Shown: one piece after another, positions 1 through 13,348 of the stretch
Position numbering within the stretch: the first letter of the stretch is position 1
How the letters are laid out: every line of letters starts with the position of its first letter
Source of the DNA: Octopus sinensis
Lineage: Eukaryota
Assembly: GCF_006345805.1 (NCBI RefSeq)
Contig: NC_043014.1
Span: forward strand, 35,650,001 to 35,714,000
Direction: 5' to 3'
DNA: 64,000 nt
Notes under the pieces: generated by a model
What the model was told of the DNA's origin: nothing
What the model saw: the letters and a program-made list of their open reading frames with translations, nothing else
Database searches by the model: none
Position numbers and translations under genes: made by a program

Positions 1-697
1 TCATAGAATTTCTATCGTTTATTCGGGCGGTGGGGTGGATTTAGTGTCTATGACCAGTTACATGGCCTGATAGCAGATGAGGGTGGAAAGGAGGGAAGGT
101 TTTATCTTGAAACAAGATTCTTGGCCCGAATGCTTTCATCGAAGTAGACTTCATTAATGATTCACAAGATAAACCGGGCAATGGATTAAATCAATCACTC
201 CAATAGGCTACAGCGGAATTTGAACTCAGAACACAGAGCCAAACTAAAATACCAGATGGTGCCTAGTCTGACATTTTTACAGCTCCTGCAATTCAACATA
301 ATGGATTGGTACATTTTTTTTTATCGATGCCCAAAAGAATAAAAGATCAAGTTAAATTCGGACGTCTTTGCTTCGTGGACATTGAAAGAGAACTGCTGTT
401 CCCTACTACACCTATGTTTTATTCAGTATGTTCAGCTGGAATCGTAGATGTTTTCTTTCGTAAGTGTTTGTATACAATATCTAATATGATTTCTTTTCTT
501 TCTGCCTCTAGAACTTTAATAAATTCACTGCCTACCTCTAAAGTGGAAGTGTTGCTTACTTCGTCGGTTTTTCTAATGCCTTCAGAAATACTGAGCGTCA
601 AAACCCTCCGAGAGTCTTTGATAAAAAAAATTCTTTAATAACATTATACTTATGTTCCATTCGTATACCATCATCATCATCATTATTATTATTATTA

Positions 698-740
<43 letters not shown>

Positions 741-1303
741 GAGTGAGAGAGCAGTGCATGCCATCAAAGTGACATTGGGGTAAAATATACGAAGCCCAGT
801 ATACCCATCATGACTACCCGTCTGATAAGGGTACATTAGGCACATACATTACAACCATGTGTGCGCGACATGGCGATCTCATAGCAAGATAAACAGCACA
901 TGACCTTGCAGGTGGGGCCCAGTTAGAATTTTCTTCTGGTCGAGTAACCCATCCCGCTCAAAAGGCCCCTGAATAAGGGTTGTTTAAGGATGTTGAACGA
1001 ACCACCCATGTTTCCAGAGGTGAATTATTCAAACCCCAAAGAATCCCTCTCATCACATGGCTATGATGCTCCCCCACTACTTCTGCTTGTGATCAGCGAT
1101 GCACATATCATCAACCACTAAGGGACATGGTCAACTGGTTATGGTCAACTAACTGACAAGCAAAATCTGTGGTATTGAACAGAATATTTGCTGTAGCGCA
1201 TCTTTTACACCAAGACAAAAATAATGCACATGATAACACTTCCAATCAGTTAAGATCAGAAGCCATGAGAGCCACTGCCTGGTACTGTATCAGGGCATCT
1301 ATT
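741..1303 (-). mobile_element. Interspersed ~560-bp repeat in (AAT)n/(AAG)n arrays; probably the 3' UTR of an R4/Dong-like LINE
   Basis: Near-identical to 1407-1967 and clearly homologous to 22400-22934; on the minus strand it ends ...CTCTCTCACTC then (AAT)n. No coding part is present, so the LINE assignment is inferred. Confidence 0.6.
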
Positions 1304-1324
1304 CTTCTTCTTCTTCTTCTTCTT

Positions 1325-1355
<31 letters not shown>

Positions 1356-1364
1356 TTATTATTA

Positions 1365-1399
<35 letters not shown>

Positions 1400-1406
1400 T
1401 ATTATT

Positions 1407-1967
1407 GAGTGAGAGAGCAGTGCATGCCATCAAAGTGACATTGGGGTAAAATATACGAAGCCCAGTATACCCATCATGACTACCCGTCTGATAAGGGTAC
1501 ATTAGGCACATACATTACAACCATGTGTGCGCGACATGGCGATCTCATAGCAAGATAAACAGCACATGACCTTGCAGGTGGGGCCCAGTTAGAATTTTCT
1601 TCTGGTCGAGTAACCCATCCCGCTCAAAAGGCCCCTGAATAAGGGTTGTTAAGGATGTTGAACGAACCACCCATGTTTCCAGAGGTGAATTATTCAACCC
1701 CAAAGAATCCCTCTCATCACATGGCTATGATGCTCCCCCACTACTTCTGCTTGTGATCAGCGATGCACATATCATCAACCACTAAGGGACATGGTCAACT
1801 GGTTATGGTCAACTAACTGACAAGCAAAATCTGTGGTATTGAACAGAATATTTGCTGTAGCGCATCTTTTACACCAAGACAAAAATAATGCACATGATAA
1901 CACTTCCAATCAGTTAAGATCAGAAGCCATGAGAGCCACTGCCTGGTACTGTATCAGGGCATCTATT
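1407..1967 (-). mobile_element. Second tandem copy of the 741-1303 repeat (period 666 bp)
   Basis: Differs from copy 1 essentially by 1-nt indels in short homopolymers (gttgtttaag/gttgttaag; ttcaaacccc/ttcaacccc). Confidence 0.9.
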
Positions 1968-2009
1968 CTTCTTCTTCTTCTTCTTCTCTTCTTCTTCTTC
2001 TTCTTCTTC

Positions 2010-2059
<50 letters not shown>

Positions 2060-2064
<5 letters not shown>

Positions 2065-2160
2065 CATCATCATCATCATATCATCATCATCATCATTATT
2101 ATTATCATCATCATCCTCATCATCATCATCATCATCATCATCATCGTCGTCGTTGTTGTT

Positions 2161-2205
<45 letters not shown>

Positions 2206-2401
2206 GCTGTTGTCTCGTCATCACCACCACCACCACCACCATCTTCATTATCATCATCACCATCACCATCATCATCATCATCAACATCACCATCATCATC
2301 TTCATCACCATCATCATCTTCATCACCATCATCGTCATCATCATCATCATCATCATCGTCATCATCATCATCATCATCACCATCATCATCACCATCATCA
2401 T

Positions 2402-2467
<66 letters not shown>

Positions 2468-2621
2468 CATCATCATCACCATCACCATCATCATCATCAT
2501 CATCATCACACCACCACCACCACCACCATCTTCATTATCATCATCACCATCACCATCATCATCATCATCAACATCACCATCATCATCTTCATCACCATCA
2601 TCATCTTCATCACCATCATCG

Positions 2622-2666
<45 letters not shown>

Positions 2667-2688
2667 CCATCATCATCACCATCATCAT

Positions 2689-2754
<66 letters not shown>

Positions 2755-2830
2755 CATCATCACCATCACCATCATCATCATCATCATCATCATCACCACC
2801 ACCACCACCACCCATCAGCATCATCATCAT
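2060..2830. repeat. Compound (ATC)n/(GTT)n/(CAC)n microsatellite with an internal 287-bp higher-order duplication
   Basis: Variant triplets recur exactly 287 bp apart (atcttcatta 2241/2528; tcaacatc 2281/2568; cgtc 2333/2620). Confidence 0.9.
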
Positions 2831-3092
2831 CATCATCATTATTATTAAATTTCTATTTCTAAAAGTTAAGTTAACTTCTGATCTTGTTTTCTTTCCATGG
2901 CATTTCTGAATATCTAAAAGTATCTGGTTATTTTTGACCCTTCTCCGCTTTTCATCTTACTCATTTCTTCGCTCTTTTAGCATTAGTTCAATGATTGGTT
3001 AGAACCTTCTTAAGTTACAGTTCTTATTCGGTAAAAACACGAAAAACATATACATCTACTTTGTCTTATATTTTATATATATATGGGTGTGT

Positions 3093-3132
<40 letters not shown>

Positions 3133-3176
3133 GAGTTTACAGACACGCACACACATATATTTATATACATAAACAT

Positions 3177-3306
<130 letters not shown>

Positions 3307-3381
3307 CGTTTGTGATGTATAAATCTGTGTTTGCGTTCATGAGTGTGTGCGTGTGTGCGTGTGTGTGTGTGTTTCTTTTCA

Positions 3382-3419
<38 letters not shown>

Positions 3420-3617
3420 CATTTTTCAGGTGAATGGTTATTTGTTCAAGGAAACACGCAGTCAAACAGACACACAGACACACAAGCACACACACAGATA
3501 CGCGATCGCGAACACACACGTCTGAAATAGGTCCAAGTATACATATACATATGCACATTTATATGCGTGTGCTATCGATCAATCTCTCTCTTTCTCAGTG
3601 TGTGCCTTTTCCACGTG

Positions 3618-3660
<43 letters not shown>

Positions 3661-4231
3661 TTATACATTTATATATGCCTATACAGATATGTGTGTGTAT
3701 CTATGTACGTATGTATGTATTTATGTGTGTATGTACCTACGTATGTGTGTGTGTATGTATAACACTGTGATTGCATGTATGCGTGAAAGTGTTGGTAGAT
3801 GTATTACGATTATTCTGGTACCCTCTTTTCCTTTTTCGTTTTTTCTTTTTCTTTCGTTGACAGTATATATGTGTGTATATGAGTATATATATATATACAT
3901 ATATGTGCAGTGAGTGTACGTATGTTTGTATGTCTGTATGTGTGCATTGTGTGTGTGTATGTGTGTATTCGCAAGGCAAAATGGTTGCTATAAAGCTTTG
4001 AACTTATCAACTGAGTCTTACAATAAAATATAAATATTGATTTATTTTCTGTGTATGTAGATCTATACATATGTGCACGTGTGTGCACGTGTGTGTATGT
4101 GTACGAGTGTGTGTGTGTGCACATTTGTATGTATGTTTTATTCTTACGTTATATATACCCCGGTGCATATGTGGCTCATATATCTAAATATATATGGTAT
4201 GATGTCTTCAGAATGTATGCTATATATGTAT

Positions 4232-4640
4232 GCAGGAGTGGCTGTGTGGTAAGTAGCTTGCTTACCAGCCACGTTGTTCCAGGTTCAATCCCACTGTGTA
4301 GCACCTTGGGCAAGTGTCTTCTACTATAGCCTCGGGCCGACCAAAGCCTTGTGAGTGGATTTGGTAGACAGAAACTGAAAGAAGCCCGTCGTATATATGT
4401 AAATGTCTATATATATGTATGTATATTTGTGTGTCTGTGTTTGTCCCCCTCTCCCCAACATCGCTTGACAATCGATGCTGCTGTGTTCACGTCCCTGTAA
4501 AATAGTGGTTCGGCAAAAGAGACGGATAGAATAAGTACTAGGCTTACAAAGACTAAGTCCTGGGATCGATTTGCTCGACTAAAGGCGGTGCTCCAGCATG
4601 GCAACTGTTAAATGACTGAAACAAGTAAAAGAGTAAAATA
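4232..4640 (+). mobile_element. SINE family A (~400 bp, tRNA-like head, internal (TA/TG)n, tail GGCGGTGCTCCAGCATGG...TGAAAC-(GTAAAAGA)n)
   Basis: A-box-like TGGCTGTGTGG, B-box-like GGTTCAATCCC; about 14 homologous copies in the window. Confidence 0.9.
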
Positions 4641-4766
4641 GTATATGTATACATGCATATGTATACATATATTCACTCACATATACGCACGCTCACAAAT
4701 TAAACATACACGCACGCACACACTACATACATATATATCTATATAAGTTAATGCACACATACACAT

Positions 4767-4813
<47 letters not shown>

Positions 4814-4871
4814 AACATTTATATATAGAGAGAGAGATACATGCTTGTGTTGTATGTTGTGTGTATGTGTT

Positions 4872-4912
<41 letters not shown>

Positions 4913-5192
4913 CTTTTGGCTTCCTTTTGTAAGCAACCCATTTCAGGATGTCTTGTTCTAGCTTTACTAAGAAGTCGAATAAAAAAGTAAGGGATATGTG
5001 ACGGAGGTGAAAATAAGGGGAGCCGGGGAAAGAGGGTGATTGAAGCGGTGGATAGGATGGGAAGGTGGGTGGCTCAAAAATGAGGATGGATTGGCAGTGT
5101 CAGGAATAAACAGCCGAAATGTGGAATGGTGGAAAAGATTAGAGGGAAGTGATCTGAAAAACTGACCCAATGTGTCTACAAAAATTGAGATA

Positions 5193-5590
5193 GGCGCAGG
5201 GGTGGCTGTGTGGTAAGTAGCTTGCTAACCAACCACATGGTTCCGGGTTCAGTCCCACTGCGTGGCATCTTGGGCAAGTGTCTTCTGCTATAGTCCCGGG
5301 TCGACCAATGCCTTGTGAGTGGATTTGGTAGACGGAAACTGAAAGAAGCCTGTCGTATAAGTGTGTGTGTATATGTTTGTGTGTCTGTGTTTGTCCCCCT
5401 AGCATTGCTTGACAACCGATGCTGGTGTGTTTACGTCCCCGTCACTTGCGGTTCGGCAAAAGAACCGATAGATAATTACTGGGCTTACAAAGACTAAGTC
5501 CCAGGGGTCGATTGCTCGACTAAAGGTGGTGCTCCAGCATGGCCGCAGTCCAAATGACTGAAACAAGTAAAAGAGTAAAAGTAAAAGAGT
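5193..5590 (+). mobile_element. SINE family A, full length
   Basis: Same head, body and tail as 4232-4640. Confidence 0.9.
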
Positions 5591-5723
5591 ATAATGGTGT
5601 TTAATATGTGTTAATGTATGTGAACGTTTACGTGTTGTGTGAGTGTGTGTGTGCTTGTGTGCTCTATCCGTATGTGTGTATATGCAAGTAGTCTTAGAGA
5701 GTGGTATGTGTATATGTGTGTGA

Positions 5724-5765
<42 letters not shown>

Positions 5766-6031
5766 TATATATGTGTGTGTTGGTGTGTGCGTGTTGTGTA
5801 TGTATATATGTATATATATATAAATATATATATATATGATGTATGCATATATGTATGTATGCATGTATGTATGTATATTATATATAAGTTTATGTGTCTA
5901 TGTATGTGTATATATATATATGTGAATGTGCGTGTACATTTGTGTGTGTATAAGTGTGAATATCCATGCATATGGAAGTATGGGAGTTTAGGAGTGTGTA
6001 CGTATCTTTGTATGTGTGTGTGTGTGGTGTG

Positions 6032-6090
<59 letters not shown>

Positions 6091-6091
6091 C

Positions 6092-6552
6092 ATGCCTCCT
6101 CATTGAAATGACTGTCTCAATCGATATAAACGTATCTGTCAAGACCTACCAAAAACTGAGCAAATATAAAAATCTTGAAATAGAAACTAGCAAAATGTGG
6201 AACCTGAAGACTAAAACAATACCTGTTGTCATAAGTGCCCTGGGAATGATAGCAAAAGGGGCTGATTGCTACCTAGCTCAGATACAAGGAAACCCCAAAA
6301 TGGCAGAAATTCAAATGATAGTGCTCCTGGGAACTGCTCATATCCTACGCAAAATACTTTCTATGTGATCTCAAGTTTTAAAACAAATATAATTTTCGTA
6401 TGGTTTCTTAAACATTCTCTAGAACAACACTATGTACAAAACCAAATATATGACATCCTAGGCATAAGACGAACATGAACTTCCAACTTGTTGTCTCTTG
6501 AGGTCTCTGGGTGAGACTTGGAGCCAACTTGTAAAGCAAAAGTCAAACATTA
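6092..6552 (+). mobile_element. 5'-truncated R4/Dong-like non-LTR retrotransposon (RLE endonuclease C-terminus + 3' UTR) inserted in (AAT)n
   Basis: ORF 6108-6368 reads IEMTVSIDINV..KLSKYKNLEIE..KMWNLKTKTIPVVISALG..LLGTAHILRKIL, typical of the R4-clade RLE C-terminus; (AAT)n on both sides. Confidence 0.85.
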
Positions 6553-6565
6553 AATAATAATAATA

Positions 6566-6623
<58 letters not shown>

Positions 6624-6645
6624 TAATAATAATAATAATAATAAC

Positions 6646-6717
<72 letters not shown>

Positions 6718-7317
6718 TATGCATGCTTGAGTGCGTTTATACATGCATGAGTGTACAAGTATGTATTCATATGTGTATATCAATATGTGTGAGAGTGTGT
6801 GCGCGTCTATGTCTGAGTATATGTATAAGTTTGTATGTGTGTGTATATGAACGTGTGTGATCATTTCTGTAGTCAATGGAAAGCTTAGGCGCCTGACAGG
6901 TCGAGTCGGCAAGGATGTTTTACGCTTTCGTTGGAGTCATTCACATTTATCTCGTTTTCGCTAATACCCCTGGGAAATTGTCGTACGGGCTTCGCGTTTC
7001 TCACTTATGTTAAGATATAAAATCGTTGACGTTGATTAACCCCAGTTCTAACTGGACAGATCCATGGCCACGACCAGTCCATCCATGACAATCTTCTCTA
7101 TTTAGACACTGTATCGATTTTGTTCATCTTTTGATTAATGTTCTTTCTTAAAATGGTATGATAAAATAATTTGACTACTATTTCTAATTCACAGACACAC
7201 GCACACATTCACACACACACGCGCACACACAGATACGATACATTACTGGACACACTCACATACACTCAAACACAAGCACATATTGACATATGCATTTATT
7301 TAACATGAGTAAACAAA

Positions 7318-7482
7318 GCGTGGCTGTATGGTAAGAAGATTGCTTCCCAACCACATGGTTCCGGGTTCAGGCCCACTGTGTGGAACGTTGGGCAAATGTC
7401 TTTTATTATAGATTCGGACCGACCAAAGCTTTGTGCATGGATGTAGTAGACGAAAACTGAAAGAAGCCCATTTTATACATGT

Positions 7483-7522
<40 letters not shown>

Positions 7523-7770
7523 TGTGTGTGTGTGTGTGTGCGTGTGTGTGTGTGCCTTTGTGTTTGTGTTTGTCTCCTACCCTCGCTTGACAACCTGTGT
7601 TGGCGTGTCTACGTCACCGTGACTTAATGGTTCGTCAAAAGAAACCGATAGAATAAGTACGAAGCTTTAAAAGAACGTACCGGGGTTATTTCATTACACT
7701 AAATATACTTCAAGGTGGTACCCCAGCATGGCCACAGTATAATGACTGAGACAAGTAAAAGATAAAAGAG
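7318..7770 (+). mobile_element. SINE family A, diverged copy
   Basis: Homology to 4232-4640 from head to tail. Confidence 0.85.
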
Positions 7771-8954
7771 AACAACATTTGATTTACACGTGTTAAATTT
7801 CATATTAAAGTGTCACACAAGATAACTAACGGTATTCTGAAACACCCCTTTACATTTAGAATTCATTTTCAATTGATTGTTTGTGAAGCAGCCGATATAA
7901 CTCATAATAAACAAAATATGGTCGTGTCACAACATGATCACTGTCTCGAAACTGAAACCGGTAAAAAATACTTATACACACATACACACACACGCACACA
8001 CACGCACGCACACACGTATGCATACACATGCCTCCGGCGCTATTGAACAGTTTATATGCATTGAGTACGACACACACAGATTGCTGATTCAAGATAATAT
8101 AGCTTCGGCACACATTTATATTCAACTTGCAGGCTAATTGCGATATCAGTAATTTTTCAATCACTGTTTTTCTTTAACATTCGGTTGCTAGTGGCTACTT
8201 ATTACTGACACAGTGCAAAGAGGTAGAAATATGCGTTTAACAATGTCATCACCGCTGTTAAAATTTTTTTCTCCAGCTATTCATATATGCCTTTGTTTTT
8301 TTTTAACTCTACATCTATAAGAAATCTTCTCTCAGAACGAGTATCTCAGAACGAGTATCAAGAACCGGATCATCCTCGCAATTTCGGCTGATTAATCTTG
8401 AGATTGCTCCAATCTGGCCAGTGCCAAGGAAAAACTAAGCGCCTATATATATATGCATATTTGCAAACATGCGCGTTCAGACACACAAAGGAAAGATAGA
8501 TTTCGAAGTTATTTTCGAACGTGGCTTTGTCAAATTATTTGACGTAGACACATTTAGTGAAACTTCGAAAATGTTTTCCTAATGTCAATGTTTACCTAAT
8601 AAAAAATAATATGATACACTGTGTCAATGCTGTGAGTAATAGTGTGATCTTTCAATAAATGTATTTCTTTTATGTGAGATAATGCATGAAAAACAAACAT
8701 TAATATACGTTATGACACCGTAATAAATACTTAGCAGCATTTTCTCTGACCTTACGCTCTGAGTTCAGCTGTCGACTTTGCCTATCCTTTCGGAGTTGTC
8801 GGCAGAAGTTATAAAGTGATCATAGAGCCAACAGTTTTGAGCTCTGGCACTTAACTAACACTTGATAAATACCAATGGCCGAAACTCACGACCCTTGAGT
8901 CACTGTGCAACTCCTACCCTTTCAGCATAACGTTCACACAAAGATCTATGTGCA

Positions 8955-8998
<44 letters not shown>

Positions 8999-9011
8999 AT
9001 ATATATATTAT

Positions 9012-9261
<250 letters not shown>

Positions 9262-9678
9262 CCATTTTGTAATGACGTACATATCTTCTTTTCAATGAGA
9301 CACCTGTTTTTCAAAAGTGGTAATAATTTAATTTCCATCACTCAGCGCATTAACTTCAGTTGAATTAGAAGTAGAAACATTTGCTGTAATATCACTCGTA
9401 CTTCGGCGTTAAGTGGTCTGTTTTCTATTTAAAAGTAACGGCAAATTTATTTAAAACTATATATGTATCTTATGCTGTTTATTTGATGATCTTATTTTCA
9501 TCATTTTATCATAATTATTTTATTGCAATACTCTTACATTTTACTTTGAAGCATTCTGAGTAGGGTACTTAATAGTTACACACACAGACGCACACACATA
9601 CACACACACACATACACATACCCATACACACATTCATACACGTACACACTCACACACACATATGTATATATATATGTA

Positions 9679-10971
9679 CGAGGGGCGTTCAATAAGTAAT
9701 GCCCCTGACCCACTTCCCATAGCAGTAGAGCAACGAAACTTGGCACATGTATTAGTCTTTTTCAGCATAGGAGCAACCCAGAGTTACGCATTTCTCCCAT
9801 CGTTTGATACAGCTCTGGAGACCGTTTTCATAGAAGACCCCAGCTTGGTCCTCCAACCACGGCGTGACTTCAGAAATCAAGGCTGCATCATCTGGGAAAC
9901 GCTTTCCTTTCAAAAACAACTTCATGGCTGAGGAGAGGTGAAAATAAGAGAGTGCAAGGTCAGGAGAGTAGGGGGATGGGGGAAGTGTTCATAGCCGCAC
10001 GCCTGTGCTTCTGATCTGGCGACAAGCGAGTTGTGGACCGGAGCGTTGTCCTGCAGGAGGAGGATGCCTTTGCTGATCTTGCCCCGCCTCTTGGTTTTGA
10101 TAGCTTCTCTTAATTTCCTCAAAAATGAAGCATGATAGGCTCCTGTAATTGTGGTACCCCTTTGCCAGGAAATCTGTCATCACTACTCCGTCCTGGTCCC
10201 AGAAGACTGTGAGCATGACCTTGCCAGCGGTGGGCTGCACCCTTGCCTTCTTTGGAGGAGGTGAGTCATGGTGCTTCCACTGCATTCACTGGGCTTTGGT
10301 CTCTGGATCATGGTGAAGGAACCAGGTCTCATCCTGTGTAATCAGTCTTTTGAAAAAATTTGACTCATCTTCTTGGCACATCCCTAAATTCATCCTCGAG
10401 CACTCGACGCGTTCTTGCTTCAGGAAAAGTGTGAGCAACCTGGGAATCCCTCTGGCAGACACATTTTGCATATACAAATGGTCATGAATGATAGTTTCCA
10501 CAGACCCGGTACTAATCTTGACCTCATGGACTAGTTGGCGATTAGTTATGCGTCCATCTTCCAAAATGGCAGCCTCAACTTGACGGACAGATGCCTCATC
10601 AATGGCAGAAGGGGTGCGACCAGATCTGGGAGCTGTTTCCACAGAGTTCCGACCATGTTTGAATTCACGATGCCAGCGTTTTACAAGGTCATATGATGGG
10701 GCATCATCACCATAAGTTATTTTCATTTCATCAAAAGTTTCCTGTGGTGTGCGTCATTTCAAATACAAAAACCGGATCACTTCTCGACACTCAACAGTCT
10801 CCATTTCACACTTGACTCATTTCAAACACATGTAAATCAGAAACCACTATTAGTTCGGAGCTGTAATTTGCCGCTTAATCTATAGAGATATAAATAATTA
10901 CACATGCAAAATCTCAGTTAGATCTATCAACGGCAAGTGGGTCAGAGGCATTACTTATTGAACGCCCCTCG
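9679..10971 (-). mobile_element. Full-length defective mariner (DD34D) transposon, copy 1
   Basis: TIRs CGAGGGGCGTTCAATAAGTAATGCC at both ends, TA TSD (9677-78, 10972-73); motifs QDETW, QDNAPVH, (Y)SPDLAPSDF; internal stops and frameshifts. Confidence 0.97.
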
Positions 10972-11024
10972 TATATATATGTGTGTCTGTATATGCATGT
11001 ATGTATATATATATATACACATAT

Positions 11025-11190
11025 ATTGAGTTGTCCGGAAAGTTCTTGCCGATTTTTAAAGGAAAGACAAAGGTCAATAAATACTTGCCATTACATTTTT
11101 TATCGACCAAATATGAACCATTTTGTTGCACAATGCGTTTCCATCTTTTCATCAACTTGAAAATACCCTCTTCCCAGAATTGTCTACAAC
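11025..11190 (-). mobile_element. 3' terminal fragment of a different mariner subfamily
   Basis: Minus-strand translation WEEGIF(KL)MKRWKRIVQQNGSYLVD is a typical mariner C-terminus; TIR-like end TTGAGTTGTCCGGAAAGTTC after TA. Confidence 0.75.
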
Positions 11191-11582
11191 GGCTATATAG
11201 TAAAGCAAAACAGCATCGAGAAAGAACAGTTTTGCGAAAGCAAAAATTATTACTTTATTCATATATATTATATATATTATATATATTATATATATTATAT
11301 ATTATATATTATATATTATATATATGTAAAATATAAAATATAAATTAGAGATAAATGATCATTCATTTCTATACTTTTTGAGATCTAGTTATATATTTTA
11401 TAAAAATATATATTATTTGTTATTTATGTTTTGGTTTATGTCTATCACTGTTTGAGTTGCATAATAGTAGTTTTATCTCCAATTTATATTTTATATTTAT
11501 ATATATATATTGTGAAATTGGATTTAATACTAAATTGAATTTTTCCCTGTAAGTTTGGAATTATACTCCCTATTATTATTAA

Positions 11583-11640
<58 letters not shown>

Positions 11641-11936
11641 AATATATATCAATGGAAATGATAGGATGAAAGGATAAAGGAATGAGGTGTAAGTACCGTA
11701 TGATTATAGTTAGCAGCTCTTTTTGCCCCACTGACATAAGCCATAAAAAACTCCAATACATCTGCTCACACTACACACACACACACACATACATACATAC
11801 AAACACCACACACACACACACACATACAAACGCACACACAAGCATACACACACACGCAAATACACAAAACACATATAATGCATACATGCATATACATGTT
11901 TATGTGTGTATGTGTGTATATATATATAATATATAT

Positions 11937-11970
<34 letters not shown>

Positions 11971-11974
<4 letters not shown>

Positions 11975-12157
11975 TAATATGTTACCATTATTCAATAGCC
12001 AAGATAAAACTCTGAGTTTCGGATGCCGAAGTGGAAATCCACCACACCATCTCTTCCCGAAAAAGATAACCGAAGAGATGGTGTTGTGGATTTCCACTTC
12101 GGCATCCGAAACTCAGAGTTTTATCTTGGCTATTGTATAATGGTAACATATTAATTT
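11971..12157. repeat. 86-bp inverted repeat (84/86 identical, 15-nt spacer), Penelope pLTR-like fold-back between (TA)n tracts
   Basis: 11971-12056 is the reverse complement of 12072-12157. Confidence 0.95.
12063..12127 (+). ncRNA. Type-I hammerhead ribozyme motif (U4C core change, probably inactive)
   Basis: Stem I AAGAUAA/UUAUCUU; core CCGAAGA 12070-76; stem II GAUG..CAUC(C); GAAA 12108-11; stem III CUC-A-GAG; GUU with cleavage after 12120. Confidence 0.7.
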
Positions 12158-12257
12158 ACTGATAAATTTCCTCTATTTACATAATATTGAGATTTCTTAC
12201 TTTCTTTTGTTATCTTACCGTTTTTACCAATGTATATATATATAATATATATATATA

Positions 12258-13049
12258 TGAAGAAAGAAATGTCGAATTGACTAATCTAGAAACGTACGTT
12301 CTCAAATAACCTTTGCACTTGATTTTTTAATGTTTTTTCCCCCATACTTTTGTGAGTTAGTTTAGGCAAACACTATCTGAGAGAGATCTTCTTTAAGTAT
12401 TAGAAATAGCTGAAGAAATTTCTTTAGCTGCTATTTCTAATGAGTTCAGTATGTGGCAAAGTAATTTTTTTACTAAGCCCTTATATATAATGTAATATTT
12501 TGAATTCGCCTATAATGGTCCCTTTACATACTGAATACTTGGTGAAATTGATTAATAATTAATTAATTTTACCCTCAATTGTTGAAATTATAATTCATCT
12601 CTCTCTGCTAAATGCTGCGGTTTTCACCGTTAATACATGGTGTTTGTCAATTTTAACCCACGCTGGTGGGGAAAGGGGAGAGCAGAAATTCTTCGCTTGC
12701 ATATTCGAATTTGATAGCACTTTTAGTTCGAGCAGAATTCTAGAGGTGATTAGAAGCCGAAAGGGTATGCTCCCGACTTTCAGTGTTCCCAAATCCGATT
12801 CAAGGAATTCTGAGCTGAAGAAAGAAATGTCGAATTGACTAATCTAGAAACGTACGTTCTCAAAAAACCTTTGCACTTGATTTTTAATGTTTTTTCCCCC
12901 ATACTTTTGTGAGTTAGTTTAGGCAAACACTATCTGAGAGAGATCTTCTTTAAGTATTAGAAATAGCTGAAGAAGAAATTTCTTTAGCTGCTATTCTAAT
13001 GAGTTCAGTATGTGGCAAAGTAATTTATTTTACTAAGCCCTTATATATA
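12258..13049 (+). mobile_element. Penelope-style partial-tandem repeat: 232-bp direct repeats (12258-12489, 12816-13049), each starting in a hammerhead, flanked by (TA)n
   Basis: Direct repeat read by eye; hammerhead fold described in the next feature. Confidence 0.8.
12808..12865 (+). ncRNA. Type-I minimal hammerhead ribozyme with palindromic stem III
   Basis: Stem I UUCUGAG/CUCAAAA (6 of 7 pair); CUGAAGA 12815-21; stem II AGA/UCU with an A-A mismatch at its base; GAAA 12847-50; palindrome AACGUACGUU; GUU with cleavage after 12858. A 5'-truncated twin lies at 12258-12305. Confidence 0.75.
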
Positions 13050-13348
13050 TAAAAATAATATATATATATATATATATAATATATATTATATATATATATA
13101 TATATTAATATATATATATATATATGAATAAAAGATAGATATTCACTGTTGTCACCACAGAAGAAATATACACTACATAGAAAATATTCATGGTAAACTT
13201 TCCACCCCATACTCCATCAGGGTTTATTGTGACGTTTACACAAACACTTACTTACTTACACACACACACACACACACACACACACCACACACAAGAACAC
13301 ATATATATGTAGGCATGTATGTGTATGTATATGTATATGTATGTGGGT

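Noticed and set aside
306-638. 110-aa plus-strand ORF
   Set aside because: No recognisable domain; more plausibly the antisense shadow of the minus-strand frame listed under findings.
1833-2909. Long ORFs (358, 231 and 226 aa) and dozens of similar poly-I/Y/H/CV/YLSI ORFs across the window
   Set aside because: They are translations of (ATC)n, (ATT)n, (GT)n, (TA)n and (GATA)n microsatellites, with no protein-like complexity.
4232-4310. tRNA genes at SINE heads (also 13349, 35584, 39150, 56885)
   Set aside because: They have A/B boxes but no complete cloverleaf or acceptor stem, and they continue into repeat bodies.
7930-7970. Hammerhead-like GAAACCGGTA
   Set aside because: No convincing core or stem I partner.
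8845-8895. TTGATAA..GGCC-GAAAC hammerhead-like string
   Set aside because: Stem II is mostly unpaired, the triplet is GAC, and there is no stem I.
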